Of a DNA stretch of 50,161 nucleotides, positions 20,099-28,909 are shown in pieces. How positions within the stretch are numbered: position 1 is the first letter of the stretch; each line of letters begins with the position of its first letter. Below the pieces are notes generated by a model. That model saw nothing but the letters and a program-made list of their open reading frames with translations, was not told the DNA's origin and searched no databases. Source of the stretch: Candidatus Sumerlaeota bacterium (lineage in GTDB: Bacteria > Sumerlaeota > Sumerlaeia > JADFCW01). A program made the position numbers and the translations under genes. Location: the NCBI GenBank assembly GCA_017161705.1, contig JADFCW010000007.1, positions 1-50,161 of the forward strand, read 5' to 3'.

Positions 20099-20143
20099 CC
20101 CCTTGCAAAGCCGACGGCCGGCATCCGCAACCGGAGTTCTCCC

Positions 20144-20983
20144 ATGACGCTTGGACCGCTCAATATCACACCGTTCACCGTTTCGTTTGCTTTCTATTTT
20201 GCGGGCATGGTGTCGGCCCTTGGCGCCGCGGCTCTTGGCCGTCGTGCACGCGCCCTGCTAGGGGTCGCCTATGCCGCCCTTGCCGCCGGCGGCATTGCGC
20301 ACACCGTTCTGTTCCTCCAGCGCTGGATCATCGGCGGCTATCCGCCGTTGAGCGGCCTGTTCGACGCCGTGGTCTTCTTTGCGTGGACCTCCATTATCGT
20401 GTTTGGCATAGCCGAAACGCTCTTTCGCACGCGCTGGCTGGCCCTCTTTGTCGGCGTCCTCGAAGTGGCTCTTTTCGCCTACGCCGCCGACTGCGATCCC
20501 ACCATCCGCCCGCTCATGCCCGTGCTTAAAAGCACATGGCTGGTCATCCATGTATTCGCCTACATGACCGCTTACAGCATCATGGCCATCGCCTGTTTCA
20601 ATGCCATACTATTCTACGGCTATCTCAACGCACAGGGGGAAAGCGAACAAACACGCCGGTTCGACAGCCTGGTCTATCGCCTGGTTGCCTTTGGCTTTCC
20701 GCTTCTGACAGTAGGAATCCTGACCGGTGCAGTGTGGGCCAACCGCACGTGGGGGCGCTATTGGGGCTGGGACATCAAGGAGACGTGGTCGCTGATTACC
20801 TGGATTGCCTATGCCGTCTACTTGCATCTGCGGTTCTGGTCGCGCGGCTGGGCCATGCCGGCGCTGCGGCGCAGCGCCTCGCTGAACTGGCTGGCTTTGC
20901 TGGGCTTCCTTTTTATTCTCGTAACGTTCTTATTTCTGAAATATCTGCCCGCGGCCCAGATGAGCAAACACGTCTATTTGTAA
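20144..20983 (+). CDS. ccsA: Cytochrome c biogenesis protein CcsA/ResC
   Basis: PLMPVLKSTWLVIHV, TGAVWANRTWGRYWGWDIKETW (WWD domain), YAVYLH. Confidence 0.93.
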   Translation: MTLGPLNITPFTVSFAFYFAGMVSALGAAALGRRARALLGVAYAALAAGGIAHTVLFLQRWIIGGYPPLSGLFDAVVFFAWTSIIVFGIAETLFRTRWLALFVGVLEVALFAYAADCDPTIRPLMPVLKSTWLVIHVFAYMTAYSIMAIACFNAILFYGYLNAQGESEQTRRFDSLVYRLVAFGFPLLTVGILTGAVWANRTWGRYWGWDIKETWSLITWIAYAVYLHLRFWSRGWAMPALRRSASLNWLALLGFLFILVTFLFLKYLPAAQMSKHVYL

Positions 20984-20995
20984 GCAAATTGGGGC

Positions 20996-21066
20996 AAAAG
21001 AAAAAATAAAAAAAAAATTCAATTTTTCCCCTTGACGATCCCCAACGGCCCAACGCAAAGTATCGT
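20996..21066 (+). promoter_or_regulatory. Probable promoter for the tuf-S10 operon (A-tract UP element plus TTGACG -35)
   Basis: A/T tract at 20996-21027, TTGACG at 21032-37. The best -10 (TATCGT, 21061-66) lies at an atypical 23-bp spacing. Confidence 0.55.
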
Positions 21067-21084
21067 TCCTGTTTTCGCGCGGTA

Positions 21085-21350
21085 GGGCGATTTCAGCGGC
21101 GTTTTTGTAGGTTTCCGCCCCGAGGCTCCCTCACCTCGAGGCATCGAAACGAGCGGCGCTGACGGCTCGCTTCGATCCCCCATGCGTCTGATGAGCGATA
21201 GAAGTCGAGGGCTACTTCGAGAGACATCGCAGTCTCTGCGCTGATGCACTTTCGGGTTTCACATAAATCGGCCAAAGGGCGGCGACCCTGAGCGGCAGCC
21301 TGCGGCCATGCGGAGAAGTCGGTAAGCCCGCAATCCCATGTTGGAGGGAC
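21085..21350 (+). ncRNA. Candidate structured 5' leader RNA of tuf with a box C/D-like kink-turn
   Basis: Multiple nested stems paired by eye (see findings); TGATGA at 21189-94 and CTGA at 21241-44, closed by tgcg/tgca. Confidence 0.55.
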
Positions 21351-21354
21351 TTTA

Positions 21355-22548
21355 ATGGCAAAGGAAAAATTCCAGCGGACCAAGCCCCACGTCAATGTTG
21401 GCACCATCGGCCACATTGACCACGGCAAAACCACCCTGACCGCTGCAATCACCAAACGGCAGGAAATGAAGCGACTAGCCAACTTTGTGCCGTTCGATCA
21501 GATTGACAAGGCTCCCGAGGAAAAAGCGCGCGGCATCACCATTGCCACTGCCCATGTCGAATATCAAACCGAAAACCGCCACTATGCTCACGTGGACTGC
21601 CCGGGCCATGCCGACTACATCAAGAACATGATCACCGGCGCGGCCCAAATGGACGGCGCCATCCTGGTCGTCGCCGCCGACGACGGTCCCATGCCGCAAA
21701 CCCGCGAGCATATCCTTCTGGCCCGCCAGGTCGGCGTCCCCTACATCGTGGTCTATCTGAACAAGGTGGACATGGTCGAGGACGAAGAACTGCTCGAGCT
21801 GGTCGAGATGGAAATCCGCGAACTCCTGACCAAGTATGAATTCCCGGGCGACAAAACGCCCATCGTTCGCGGCTCGGCCCTCAAAGCCCTCAACGGCGAC
21901 GACGACGAACTGGGCATGAAGTCCATTGACCGCCTCATGGAAGCCATTGACAAGTATATCCCTGAGCCCAAGCGCGACATTGACAAGCCCTTCCTGATGT
22001 CGGTCGAGGACGTCTTCTCCATCTCCGGCCGCGGCACCGTCGCCACGGGCCGGGTCGAGCGCGGACGCATCACCAAAATGAGCGAAGTCGAGATCGTCGG
22101 CATTCGCCCGACGCGCAAAACTGTCGCCACGGACCTCGAAATGTTCCGCAAATTGCTCGACGAAGCCGTGGCCGGCGACAACATCGGAATTCTTCTGCGC
22201 GGGGTGGAAAAGGACGACGTCGAGCGCGGCCAGGTCATTTGCGCCCCCGGCTCCATCACCCCGCATACCAAATTCAAAGCCAAAGTCTATGTGTTGTCCA
22301 AAGAAGAAGGCGGCCGCCATACCCCCTTCTTCCGCGGCTATCGTCCCCAGTTCTACTTCCGCACCACCGACGTCACCGGCGTGGTGGACCTGCCGGAAGG
22401 GGTCGAAATGGTTATGCCGGGCGACAACGTGGACGGACTTCTGGTAACGCTGATTACGCCGATTGCTATGGAAAAGGAGCTTCGTTTCGCCATTCGGGAA
22501 GGCGGAAAAACCGTGGGAGCAGGTGTGGTCACGGAAATCCTTGAATAG
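21355..22548 (+). CDS. tuf: Elongation factor Tu
   Basis: [22 protein letters not shown] and NKVD motifs; full length, 397 aa. Confidence 0.99.
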   Translation: MAKEKFQRTKPHVNVGTIGHIDHGKTTLTAAITKRQEMKRLANFVPFDQIDKAPEEKARGITIATAHVEYQTENRHYAHVDCPGHADYIKNMITGAAQMDGAILVVAADDGPMPQTREHILLARQVGVPYIVVYLNKVDMVEDEELLELVEMEIRELLTKYEFPGDKTPIVRGSALKALNGDDDELGMKSIDRLMEAIDKYIPEPKRDIDKPFLMSVEDVFSISGRGTVATGRVERGRITKMSEVEIVGIRPTRKTVATDLEMFRKLLDEAVAGDNIGILLRGVEKDDVERGQVICAPGSITPHTKFKAKVYVLSKEEGGRHTPFFRGYRPQFYFRTTDVTGVVDLPEGVEMVMPGDNVDGLLVTLITPIAMEKELRFAIREGGKTVGAGVVTEILE

Positions 22549-22619
22549 CGAAGGTCGGCTGACTTTCGCCGCGGCCCGCTGGTGGGGGCAGCAACCATCT
22601 CCAACGGGAGGTATCCCTG

Positions 22620-22964
22620 ATGGAAATGCCGGCCGGAGCCGTCGGAGCGCGAGGCGCTCCATCGCCCAACGCGGGTAAAGTAGTCAAAGTCCGTTGGGTC
22701 AAACGGTATGCCGAGGCAACCACACAAATCGGTCTCGGCGAAGTTGTGCGCGAAACACCGGAATACCTGGTAATTCGAGGAGTGGTTCTCAACTTCCGAA
22801 AAGGAAGTACCGAACTGAAACGCGACGAAGAACGCGTGCGATGGATCCCCTGGAGCGAGATCGCCGTCGTCTGTGAACTGCCGACCGACCTGAAGTGGCG
22901 CACAGCCGAGGTCACCCTCGAACCATGGGGCGACATCACGTGCCGGCCGGGAACGCAAGCCTAG
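22620..22964 (+). CDS. Hypothetical beta-rich protein, possible Sm/Hfq- or SH3-like fold
   Basis: GGGAGG SD upstream, co-oriented with the operon and fills the tuf-rpsJ gap; pattern GKVVKVRW...GEVVRETPEYLVIRG...VRWIPWSEIAVV. Confidence 0.75.
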   Translation: MEMPAGAVGARGAPSPNAGKVVKVRWVKRYAEATTQIGLGEVVRETPEYLVIRGVVLNFRKGSTELKRDEERVRWIPWSEIAVVCELPTDLKWRTAEVTLEPWGDITCRPGTQA

Positions 22965-22969
22965 GCCGG

Positions 22970-23120
22970 ACGGGCGGAGCGGAAAACCCGCCCCGCATGC
23001 GGTTCCACCGGGAAACCAGCGAGTCGCTACACTCCCCGCCCTTTCGCCCCGCCGCGGGCGGATGGGAACTCCCGAAGGGCGGGGAATTTTATGGCCCTAG
23101 ACCGGCCATAGGAGACTGCG
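22970..23120 (+). promoter_or_regulatory. Structured rpsJ (S10) leader
   Basis: Stems GGGCGG/CCGCCC, GGTTCC/GGAAACC, AGCG/CGCT, TCCCCGCCCTT/AAGGGCGGGGA and TATGGCC/GGCCATA, the last abutting the SD. Confidence 0.55.
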
Positions 23121-23123
23121 CAA

Positions 23124-23435
23124 ATGGCAGGACAACGAATTCGCATCAACCTCAAAGCCTTCGATTATCGGCTCCTCGATCAATCGGTCGAGGAAATCGT
23201 CGAGGCGGCGCGCCGAACCGGCGCCAAAGTGCGCGGGCCGATCCCGCTGCCCACGCGCATCAGCCGCTATACGGTCTTGCGTTCGCCGCATGTGGACAAA
23301 AAGTCGCGCGAGCAATTTGAACTGCGCTATCACAAACGCCTCGTGGACATTGTCGAGCCCACCCAAAAGACCCTCGACGGTCTGACGGAACTCGACCTGC
23401 CCGCCGGCGTTCATGTCGAAATCAAACTGACCTGA
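23124..23435 (+). CDS. rpsJ: 30S ribosomal protein S10
   Basis: [31 protein letters not shown]. Confidence 0.98.
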   Translation: MAGQRIRINLKAFDYRLLDQSVEEIVEAARRTGAKVRGPIPLPTRISRYTVLRSPHVDKKSREQFELRYHKRLVDIVEPTQKTLDGLTELDLPAGVHVEIKLT

Positions 23436-23490
23436 GAGGCCGGGGCATCGGCTTCCTATGCCTTACGATGACCCGGGGGGTGAATGGATC

Positions 23491-24213
23491 ATGACAAATG
23501 GCCTGCTCGGAAAAAAACTCGGAATGACGCAGGTATTTGATCCCAAGGGGCGCTTGGTTCCTGTCACGCTTCTCCAAGCCGGCCCCTGCTATGTATTGCA
23601 GGTCAAAACCGTGGCCACCGACGGATACAATGCCATCCGGCTGGGATTTGACGTCAAACGGGAAAAAAGTACCAATAAACCGGATCGCGGATTGATTGAC
23701 AAGGTCAACGAGGCTCTCAAAAGCCACGAAGGGGCCGACAGTGCCAGCGAGGACGCCGCGGCCCGCAAGAGCCGGCGCGAAAAAGCCCCCGTTCTTCCCC
23801 CTCTCCGCTACATTCGGGAAATCCGCGTCAAAGACCCGTCCAACTACCACGTCGGCCAGCGCATCAGCGCCGATATCTTTCAAATCGGCGAAAAGGTGGA
23901 CGTCATCGGAACCTCCAAGGGGCGCGGCTTTCAGGGCCCTTATCGCCGCCACCACTCCAAACCGGGTCCGGAAACCCACGGCTCGATGTATCACCGCCGG
24001 CCCGGCTCCATGGGCGGCTCCTCCTGGCCCTCGCGCGTCTTCCCCGGCAAACCTCTTGCCGGCCACATGGGCAACCATCGCTCCACCACGCTCAATCTGC
24101 AAGTCGTCCAGACCGACCCGGAGAACAACCTCATCGCCGTCAAGGGTTCCGTCCCGGGCCATGTCAATGCGTTCGTGATCATCCGCAAGAATATTCGCAG
24201 CAGGAAAGGGTAA
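23491..24213 (+). CDS. rplC: 50S ribosomal protein L3
   Basis: GKKLGMTQVFD, GTSKGRGFQG, HGSMYHRRPGS, GHMG; carries an internal insertion. Confidence 0.97.
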   Translation: MTNGLLGKKLGMTQVFDPKGRLVPVTLLQAGPCYVLQVKTVATDGYNAIRLGFDVKREKSTNKPDRGLIDKVNEALKSHEGADSASEDAAARKSRREKAPVLPPLRYIREIRVKDPSNYHVGQRISADIFQIGEKVDVIGTSKGRGFQGPYRRHHSKPGPETHGSMYHRRPGSMGGSSWPSRVFPGKPLAGHMGNHRSTTLNLQVVQTDPENNLIAVKGSVPGHVNAFVIIRKNIRSRKG

Positions 24214-24219
24214 GGGGCC

Positions 24220-24864
24220 ATGCCGGTCAGCGTCGAAATCCTCAACAGTCGAGGGGAGCCGAGCGGAACGCTCGAAGTGAGCGAGACCCTTCTGGGTCAG
24301 CCCGAAAACCCCCAGGCCGTCCGTGCCTGCCTGGACTGCTACCTCGCTTGCCAGCGTCAGGGCGATGCCAGTACGCGCACGCGCGGCATGGTGCGGGGCG
24401 GCGGAGCCAAGCCGTGGAAGCAAAAAGGAACCGGCCGCGCGCGCGCCGGATCCCGCCGGTCGCCCCTGTGGCGCGGCGGCGCCACACTCTTCGGTCCTTC
24501 CCCCCGCGACTACAACTATCGGGTCAACCGCAAAGTCCGGCGTCTGGCCTTCCTTTCGATCCTGAGCTCGCTCCAAAACGAAAAACGTCTCCGCATCCTG
24601 GACAAGATTGACATCGGCGAGCCCAAAACGCGAAACGTCCTCGCCCTGCGCGAACGCCTGAACATCGAACCGGGCAAAAAGGTCCTGATCCTGACCGAAG
24701 CCGTGGAGCCTGAACTCTGCCGTGCGGCAGCCAATTTGGGCCGGTCGCTACATCCGACCTGGGTCCTTCCCATGAACAACCTCAACGTCTTTGCGCTCCT
24801 CCACTGCGACTACCTGGTGCTGCCCTCGGCGGTCCTGAAAAAGATGGAAGAGGTTTACGCATGA
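24220..24864 (+). CDS. rplD: 50S ribosomal protein L4
   Basis: RGGGAKPWKQKGTGRARAGSRRSPLWRGG. Confidence 0.97.
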   Translation: MPVSVEILNSRGEPSGTLEVSETLLGQPENPQAVRACLDCYLACQRQGDASTRTRGMVRGGGAKPWKQKGTGRARAGSRRSPLWRGGATLFGPSPRDYNYRVNRKVRRLAFLSILSSLQNEKRLRILDKIDIGEPKTRNVLALRERLNIEPGKKVLILTEAVEPELCRAAANLGRSLHPTWVLPMNNLNVFALLHCDYLVLPSAVLKKMEEVYA

Positions 24865-25145
24865 GCAACCCATACGAAATCCTGGTCAAACCGGTCATCA
24901 CCGAGAAGGCGACAAATCTCCAGTCGGGCGATGCGCCCCAATATACGTTCAGGGTACGCATTGATGCCAACAAGAACGAGATCAAAAAGGCCGTCGAAAC
25001 GGCGTTCCGCGTGAAAGTCAAAAGCATCAACACCTGCCGCATGAAAGGCAAAACACGCCGCGTGCGCATTCAACTGGGCAAGCGGCCCGATTGGAAAAAA
25101 GCGTATGTCACCTTGCAGAAAGGGCAGAAGATCGAACTCTATTGA
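24861..25145 (+). CDS. rplW: 50S ribosomal protein L23
   Basis: PVITEKA, ANKNEIKKAVE, WKKAYVTL. Confidence 0.97.
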   Translation: MSNPYEILVKPVITEKATNLQSGDAPQYTFRVRIDANKNEIKKAVETAFRVKVKSINTCRMKGKTRRVRIQLGKRPDWKKAYVTLQKGQKIELY

Positions 25146-25196
25146 TCCCGCAGGGGCGTGCGCCCGGCGGAAGCCAGAATAAGGAATTACGCAGCA

Positions 25197-26021
25197 ATGG
25201 GGATTAAACTCTACAAACCAACAACGCCCGGCCGGCGCGGCATGAGCGTCTCGACCTTCGAAGAGCTGACCCGCGACCATGGCGAAAAAAGTCTCATGTG
25301 CGGCCTGCCCTCGACCGGCGGGCGCAACAACCGCGGCCGCATGACCGCGCGCCATCGCGGCGGGCGCCATGCGCGCTGCTATCGCGTCATTGACTTCCGC
25401 CGCGACAAAGACAACATCCCCGCCAAGGTCGCCAGCATCGAGTACGACCCAAACCGTTCGGCTCGCATTGCCTTGTTGCACTACGCCGACGGCGAGAAGC
25501 GATACATTCTGGCGCCCGTAGGACTGAAAGTCGGCCAGACGGTTCTCTCGGGCGAAAACGCCGAAATTACTGAAGGCAACGCCCTGCCTCTGCGCGCCAT
25601 CCCGCTCGGAACCATTATCCACAACGTCGAAATGCAGCCGGGCAAGGGCGGCCAGCTCGCCAAGTCGGCCGGGTCGTTTGCCCAGCTGATTGCGCGCGAA
25701 GGCAAAATGGCGACCTTGCGGCTGCCGTCCGGTGAAATCCGCATGGTGCCCGTGGCCTGCAAGGCCACAATCGGCCAGGTCGGCAACGTGGACCATGAAA
25801 ATATTTCGTTGGGCAAGGCGGGGCGCAATCGCTGGAAAGGCGTCCGTCCGGCCAGCCGCGCCGTCGCCAAAAACCCTGTGGACCATCCCATGGGAGGCGG
25901 CGAGGGCAAGAGCTCCGGCGGACGGCATCCCTGCACACCCTGGGGAAAAATCACGAAAGGCTTGAAAACGCGTAATCCGCGCAAACAATCGAAAAAACTG
26001 ATCATCAAGCGAAGGAAGTAA
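25197..26021 (+). CDS. rplB: 50S ribosomal protein L2
   Basis: [41 protein letters not shown]. Confidence 0.98.
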   Translation: MGIKLYKPTTPGRRGMSVSTFEELTRDHGEKSLMCGLPSTGGRNNRGRMTARHRGGRHARCYRVIDFRRDKDNIPAKVASIEYDPNRSARIALLHYADGEKRYILAPVGLKVGQTVLSGENAEITEGNALPLRAIPLGTIIHNVEMQPGKGGQLAKSAGSFAQLIAREGKMATLRLPSGEIRMVPVACKATIGQVGNVDHENISLGKAGRNRWKGVRPASRAVAKNPVDHPMGGGEGKSSGGRHPCTPWGKITKGLKTRNPRKQSKKLIIKRRK

Positions 26022-26024
26022 AAC

Positions 26025-26051
26025 AAGTCGGACCGTTCGGATCGAACCGAG
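26025..26051 (-). repeat. Short degenerate 9-bp repeat array in the rplB-rpsS spacer, opposite orientation to the other arrays
   Basis: aagtcggac cgttcggat cgaaccgag; the first unit is the exact reverse complement of gtccgactt. Confidence 0.5.
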
Positions 26052-26063
26052 GAGTTGTCAACC

Positions 26064-26348
26064 ATGCCGCGATCCCTGAAAAAAGGACCTTACGTGGATG
26101 CCAAGCTGCTGCGCAAATTGCAGCAGTTGGAGGCCAGCGGCGAACGGCGGGTCATCAAGACCTGGTCGCGCCGAAGCATGGTCACCCCCCAAATGGTCGG
26201 CCATACCCTGGCCATCCACAACGGCAAAACGTTTATTCCCGTGTTCGTCAATGAGAACATGGTGGGGCATAAGCTGGGCGAGTTTGCGGCCACCCGCACG
26301 TTCCGTGCCCATGGCGGCAAAACCGCAAAGCCCACGTCGGTCAAGTGA
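26064..26348 (+). CDS. rpsS: 30S ribosomal protein S19
   Basis: [27 protein letters not shown]. Confidence 0.98.
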   Translation: MPRSLKKGPYVDAKLLRKLQQLEASGERRVIKTWSRRSMVTPQMVGHTLAIHNGKTFIPVFVNENMVGHKLGEFAATRTFRAHGGKTAKPTSVK

Positions 26349-26407
26349 GGCTCGACGCCCCGAAACCAAAAGAACTTTCTTCAGGATCGCCAGAGGGATA
26401 GATCGAA

Positions 26408-26767
26408 ATGGCAGGCAAAAAACGGATCGTAGGCGAAATGGTCGGTAGGGCCAGCGCACGGTTCCAGCCGATGGGACCGCGCAAAATCCGCTACGTCGCG
26501 GACCTGATTCGGGGAAAAACCGTCGCCGAGGCGCAGGTCATCCTCTCGCTCTTGCACCGCCCCTCCGCTGTTCCCGTGGTCAAACGGCTTCTGACCTCGG
26601 CCGTGGCCAACTGCAATCATCCGGACGCCGACAGTCTGGTGATTGGCCGAATCTGGGCTGACGGCGGGCCGACCCTCAAGCGCTGGCGGCCCCGTGCATT
26701 CGGGCGCGCCAACCGCATTCGCAAACGGTCCTGTCATATTCATATCGAGTTGACCGAACCGGTCTAA
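26408..26767 (+). CDS. rplV: 50S ribosomal protein L22
   Basis: [29 protein letters not shown]. Confidence 0.96.
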   Translation: MAGKKRIVGEMVGRASARFQPMGPRKIRYVADLIRGKTVAEAQVILSLLHRPSAVPVVKRLLTSAVANCNHPDADSLVIGRIWADGGPTLKRWRPRAFGRANRIRKRSCHIHIELTEPV

Positions 26768-26789
26768 GGCAACAAGGAGGCGCAGGAGA

Positions 26790-27470
26790 GTGGGTCAAAA
26801 AGTCCATCCGGTTGGATTTCGCCTGGGGATCACCAAACTCTGGGAGTCGCGCTGGTATGCCCGCAAGGACTACAGCAAACTGCTCCATGAGGACCTGTAT
26901 ATCCGCAAGGAGCTGAAGACCAAGTTCTATCACGCGGGCATCTCCCGCGTGGATATCGAGCGCGCGGCCAACCGGGCCAAGATCACCATCCACACGGCCC
27001 GGCCCGGGATCATCATCGGGCGCAAAGGCGCCGAAATCGAGCAACTGCGGCGCGACTTGCAGCAATCCACCGGACGACAGATCCTGATCAACATCGAGGA
27101 GATCGCCAAACCGGACCTCGACGCCCAGCTGGTGGCCGAAAGCGTGGCCTCCCAATTGCTGCGGCGCATTGGATTCCGGCGCGCAATGAAAAAAACCGTC
27201 CTTGCCGCCATGAAAGCGGGCGCTCAGGGCATCCGAATTGCCTGCCGCGGCCGGCTGGGCGGCTCCGAAATGTCGCGCGGCGAATGGTATCGCGAAGGCC
27301 GCGTTCCGCTCCATACCCTGCGAGCCGATATTGACTATGGCTTCACGGAAGCAAAAACCAAATACGGCCAGATCGGCGTGAAAGTGTGGATATTCAAAGG
27401 CGAGGTGTTTGAAAAGGCAACGCGTAAGGCTGCGCCTGCCGAGGAAACCGCAGAACCGGCCGAAGCGTAA
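26790..27470 (+). CDS. rpsC: 30S ribosomal protein S3
   Basis: [36 protein letters not shown]. Confidence 0.98.
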   Translation: MGQKVHPVGFRLGITKLWESRWYARKDYSKLLHEDLYIRKELKTKFYHAGISRVDIERAANRAKITIHTARPGIIIGRKGAEIEQLRRDLQQSTGRQILINIEEIAKPDLDAQLVAESVASQLLRRIGFRRAMKKTVLAAMKAGAQGIRIACRGRLGGSEMSRGEWYREGRVPLHTLRADIDYGFTEAKTKYGQIGVKVWIFKGEVFEKATRKAAPAEETAEPAEA

Positions 27471-27474
27471 AGGA

Positions 27475-27537
27475 GTCCAACAAGTCCGACGCGTCCGGTC
27501 TGTCCGACCCGTCCGACTTGTCCGACTTGTCTGACCA
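27475..27537 (+). repeat. 9-bp tandem repeat array, 7 units, in the rpsC-rplP spacer
   Basis: gtccaacaa gtccgacgc gtccggtct gtccgaccc gtccgactt gtccgactt gtctgacca. Confidence 0.9.
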
Positions 27538-27551
27538 AACGAGGGCAACCG

Positions 27552-27977
27552 ATGCTATTACCCAAGCGAGTCAAACATCGCAAAGTGCAAAAAGGCCGGC
27601 GACGCGGCATCGCGTGGCGGGGCTGCAACCTCAGCTTTGGCCGCTATGGCCTGAAAGCCCTGACCTGCGGCTGGGTCAGCAACCGCCAGATCGAGGCGGC
27701 GCGCGTGGCCGTCACGCGCCATATCAAACGCGGCGGCAAACTGTGGGTCAATATCTTCCCCGACAAGCCGCTGACGGTCAAACCCGCCGAAACCCGTATG
27801 GGCAAAGGCAAAGGCAATCCGGAGAAATGGGTGGCGGTCGTCAAACCCGGACGCGTCCTTCTGGAACTGGACGGCGTGCCCGAGGACATCGCGCGCGGCG
27901 CTCTCAACCGGGCGGCCCACAAACTGCCCGTCCGCACCAAGTTTGTCATGCGAACCGAAGGGGGACAAGCAGCATGA
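27552..27977 (+). CDS. rplP: 50S ribosomal protein L16
   Basis: [29 protein letters not shown]. Confidence 0.98.
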   Translation: MLLPKRVKHRKVQKGRRRGIAWRGCNLSFGRYGLKALTCGWVSNRQIEAARVAVTRHIKRGGKLWVNIFPDKPLTVKPAETRMGKGKGNPEKWVAVVKPGRVLLELDGVPEDIARGALNRAAHKLPVRTKFVMRTEGGQAA

Positions 27978-28171
27978 CCCGACCGAGACAACTGCGCGAG
28001 ATGACCGACGCCGATCTCAAGGCCAAAGTGGCTGAACTGCGCCAGAGCCTGTTCAACCTGCGCACGCGCGCAGCCACCAAGGACCTTTCCAACATCACCG
28101 CCATTCGACAGGAGCGGCGCGAACTGGCACGGGTGCTGACCATCCTGCGCCAAAGGGGGATCAAACAGTGA
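27974..28171 (+). CDS. rpmC: 50S ribosomal protein L29
   Basis: [15 protein letters not shown]...LFNLR...[13 protein letters not shown]; ATGA overlap with the rplP stop. Confidence 0.93.
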   Translation: MTRPRQLREMTDADLKAKVAELRQSLFNLRTRAATKDLSNITAIRQERRELARVLTILRQRGIKQ

Positions 28172-28440
28172 GCGGCAAGACGCAGGCAGTGCGTGGACAG
28201 CAGAAAATCCGGGTAGGACAAGTCGTCAGCGACCGCATGAACAAGACGCGGGTCGTGCTGATCGAGCGGTTTGTCGAACACCCTTTGTATAAAAAACACA
28301 TCCGTCGCCGCAGCAAACTTTACGTGCACGACGAGAAAAACGAGTGCCATGTCGGCGACACGGTCAAAGTCATCGAAACCCGTCCCTTGAGCAAACTGAA
28401 ACGCTGGCGGGTCTTGCAAATCGTCGCGCGAGCGAAGTAA
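28168..28440 (+). CDS. rpsQ: 30S ribosomal protein S17
   Basis: [28 protein letters not shown]. Confidence 0.97.
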   Translation: MSGKTQAVRGQQKIRVGQVVSDRMNKTRVVLIERFVEHPLYKKHIRRRSKLYVHDEKNECHVGDTVKVIETRPLSKLKRWRVLQIVARAK

Positions 28441-28487
28441 TCGCCGATTGAAATATCTTTGGAATTTGAACCCCAGGAAGAGCGGCC

Positions 28488-28856
28488 ATGATCCAATCCT
28501 ATACGATCCTTCAGGTTGCCGACAACACCGGCGCAAAGAAGCTGCGGTGCTTCAACATCCTCGGTGGCTCCAAACACCGCTATGCGCGAATTGGGGACAT
28601 TGTGATGGCGTCCGTTCGCGAGGCCACGCCCGATGCCACTGTCAAAAAAGGATCGGTCGTGCGGGCCGTCATTGTCCGCACCCGCAAGGAACTCGGCCGC
28701 GAGGACGGCTCCTATGTCCGCTTCGACGACAACGCGGCGGTGATCATCAACGCACAGAAAGAACCGGTGGGAACGCGTATCTTTGGAGCCGTGGCACGCG
28801 AACTGCGCGCCAAGGAATTTATGAAGATTATCTCGCTGGCCCCGGAGGTCGTCTGA
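28488..28856 (+). CDS. rplN: 50S ribosomal protein L14
   Basis: [31 protein letters not shown]. Confidence 0.98.
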   Translation: MIQSYTILQVADNTGAKKLRCFNILGGSKHRYARIGDIVMASVREATPDATVKKGSVVRAVIVRTRKELGREDGSYVRFDDNAAVIINAQKEPVGTRIFGAVARELRAKEFMKIISLAPEVV

Positions 28857-28909
28857 ACAGCAGTTTGGTAAAGGCCGAACAAGAGCAAGGGCAAGAAGGA
28901 TAACCCATC

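Noticed and set aside
21181-21270. c-di-GMP-II, SAM-I, T-box or SRP RNA identity for the tuf leader
   Set aside because: The K-turn is present, but I could not find the other signature sequences of these families.
21475-22662. 395-aa antisense ORF over tuf, and similar long shadow ORFs over argF, secY (33064-34956), rpoA, r-proteins and the cytochrome (41189-43021)
   Set aside because: Expected in GC-rich genes with biased codon usage; they mirror real genes and show no motifs of their own.
27475-27537. Nonamer arrays, or the 43004-43054 duplication, as CRISPR arrays
   Set aside because: Units are contiguous with no unique spacers, the repeat length or number is wrong, and there are no cas genes.
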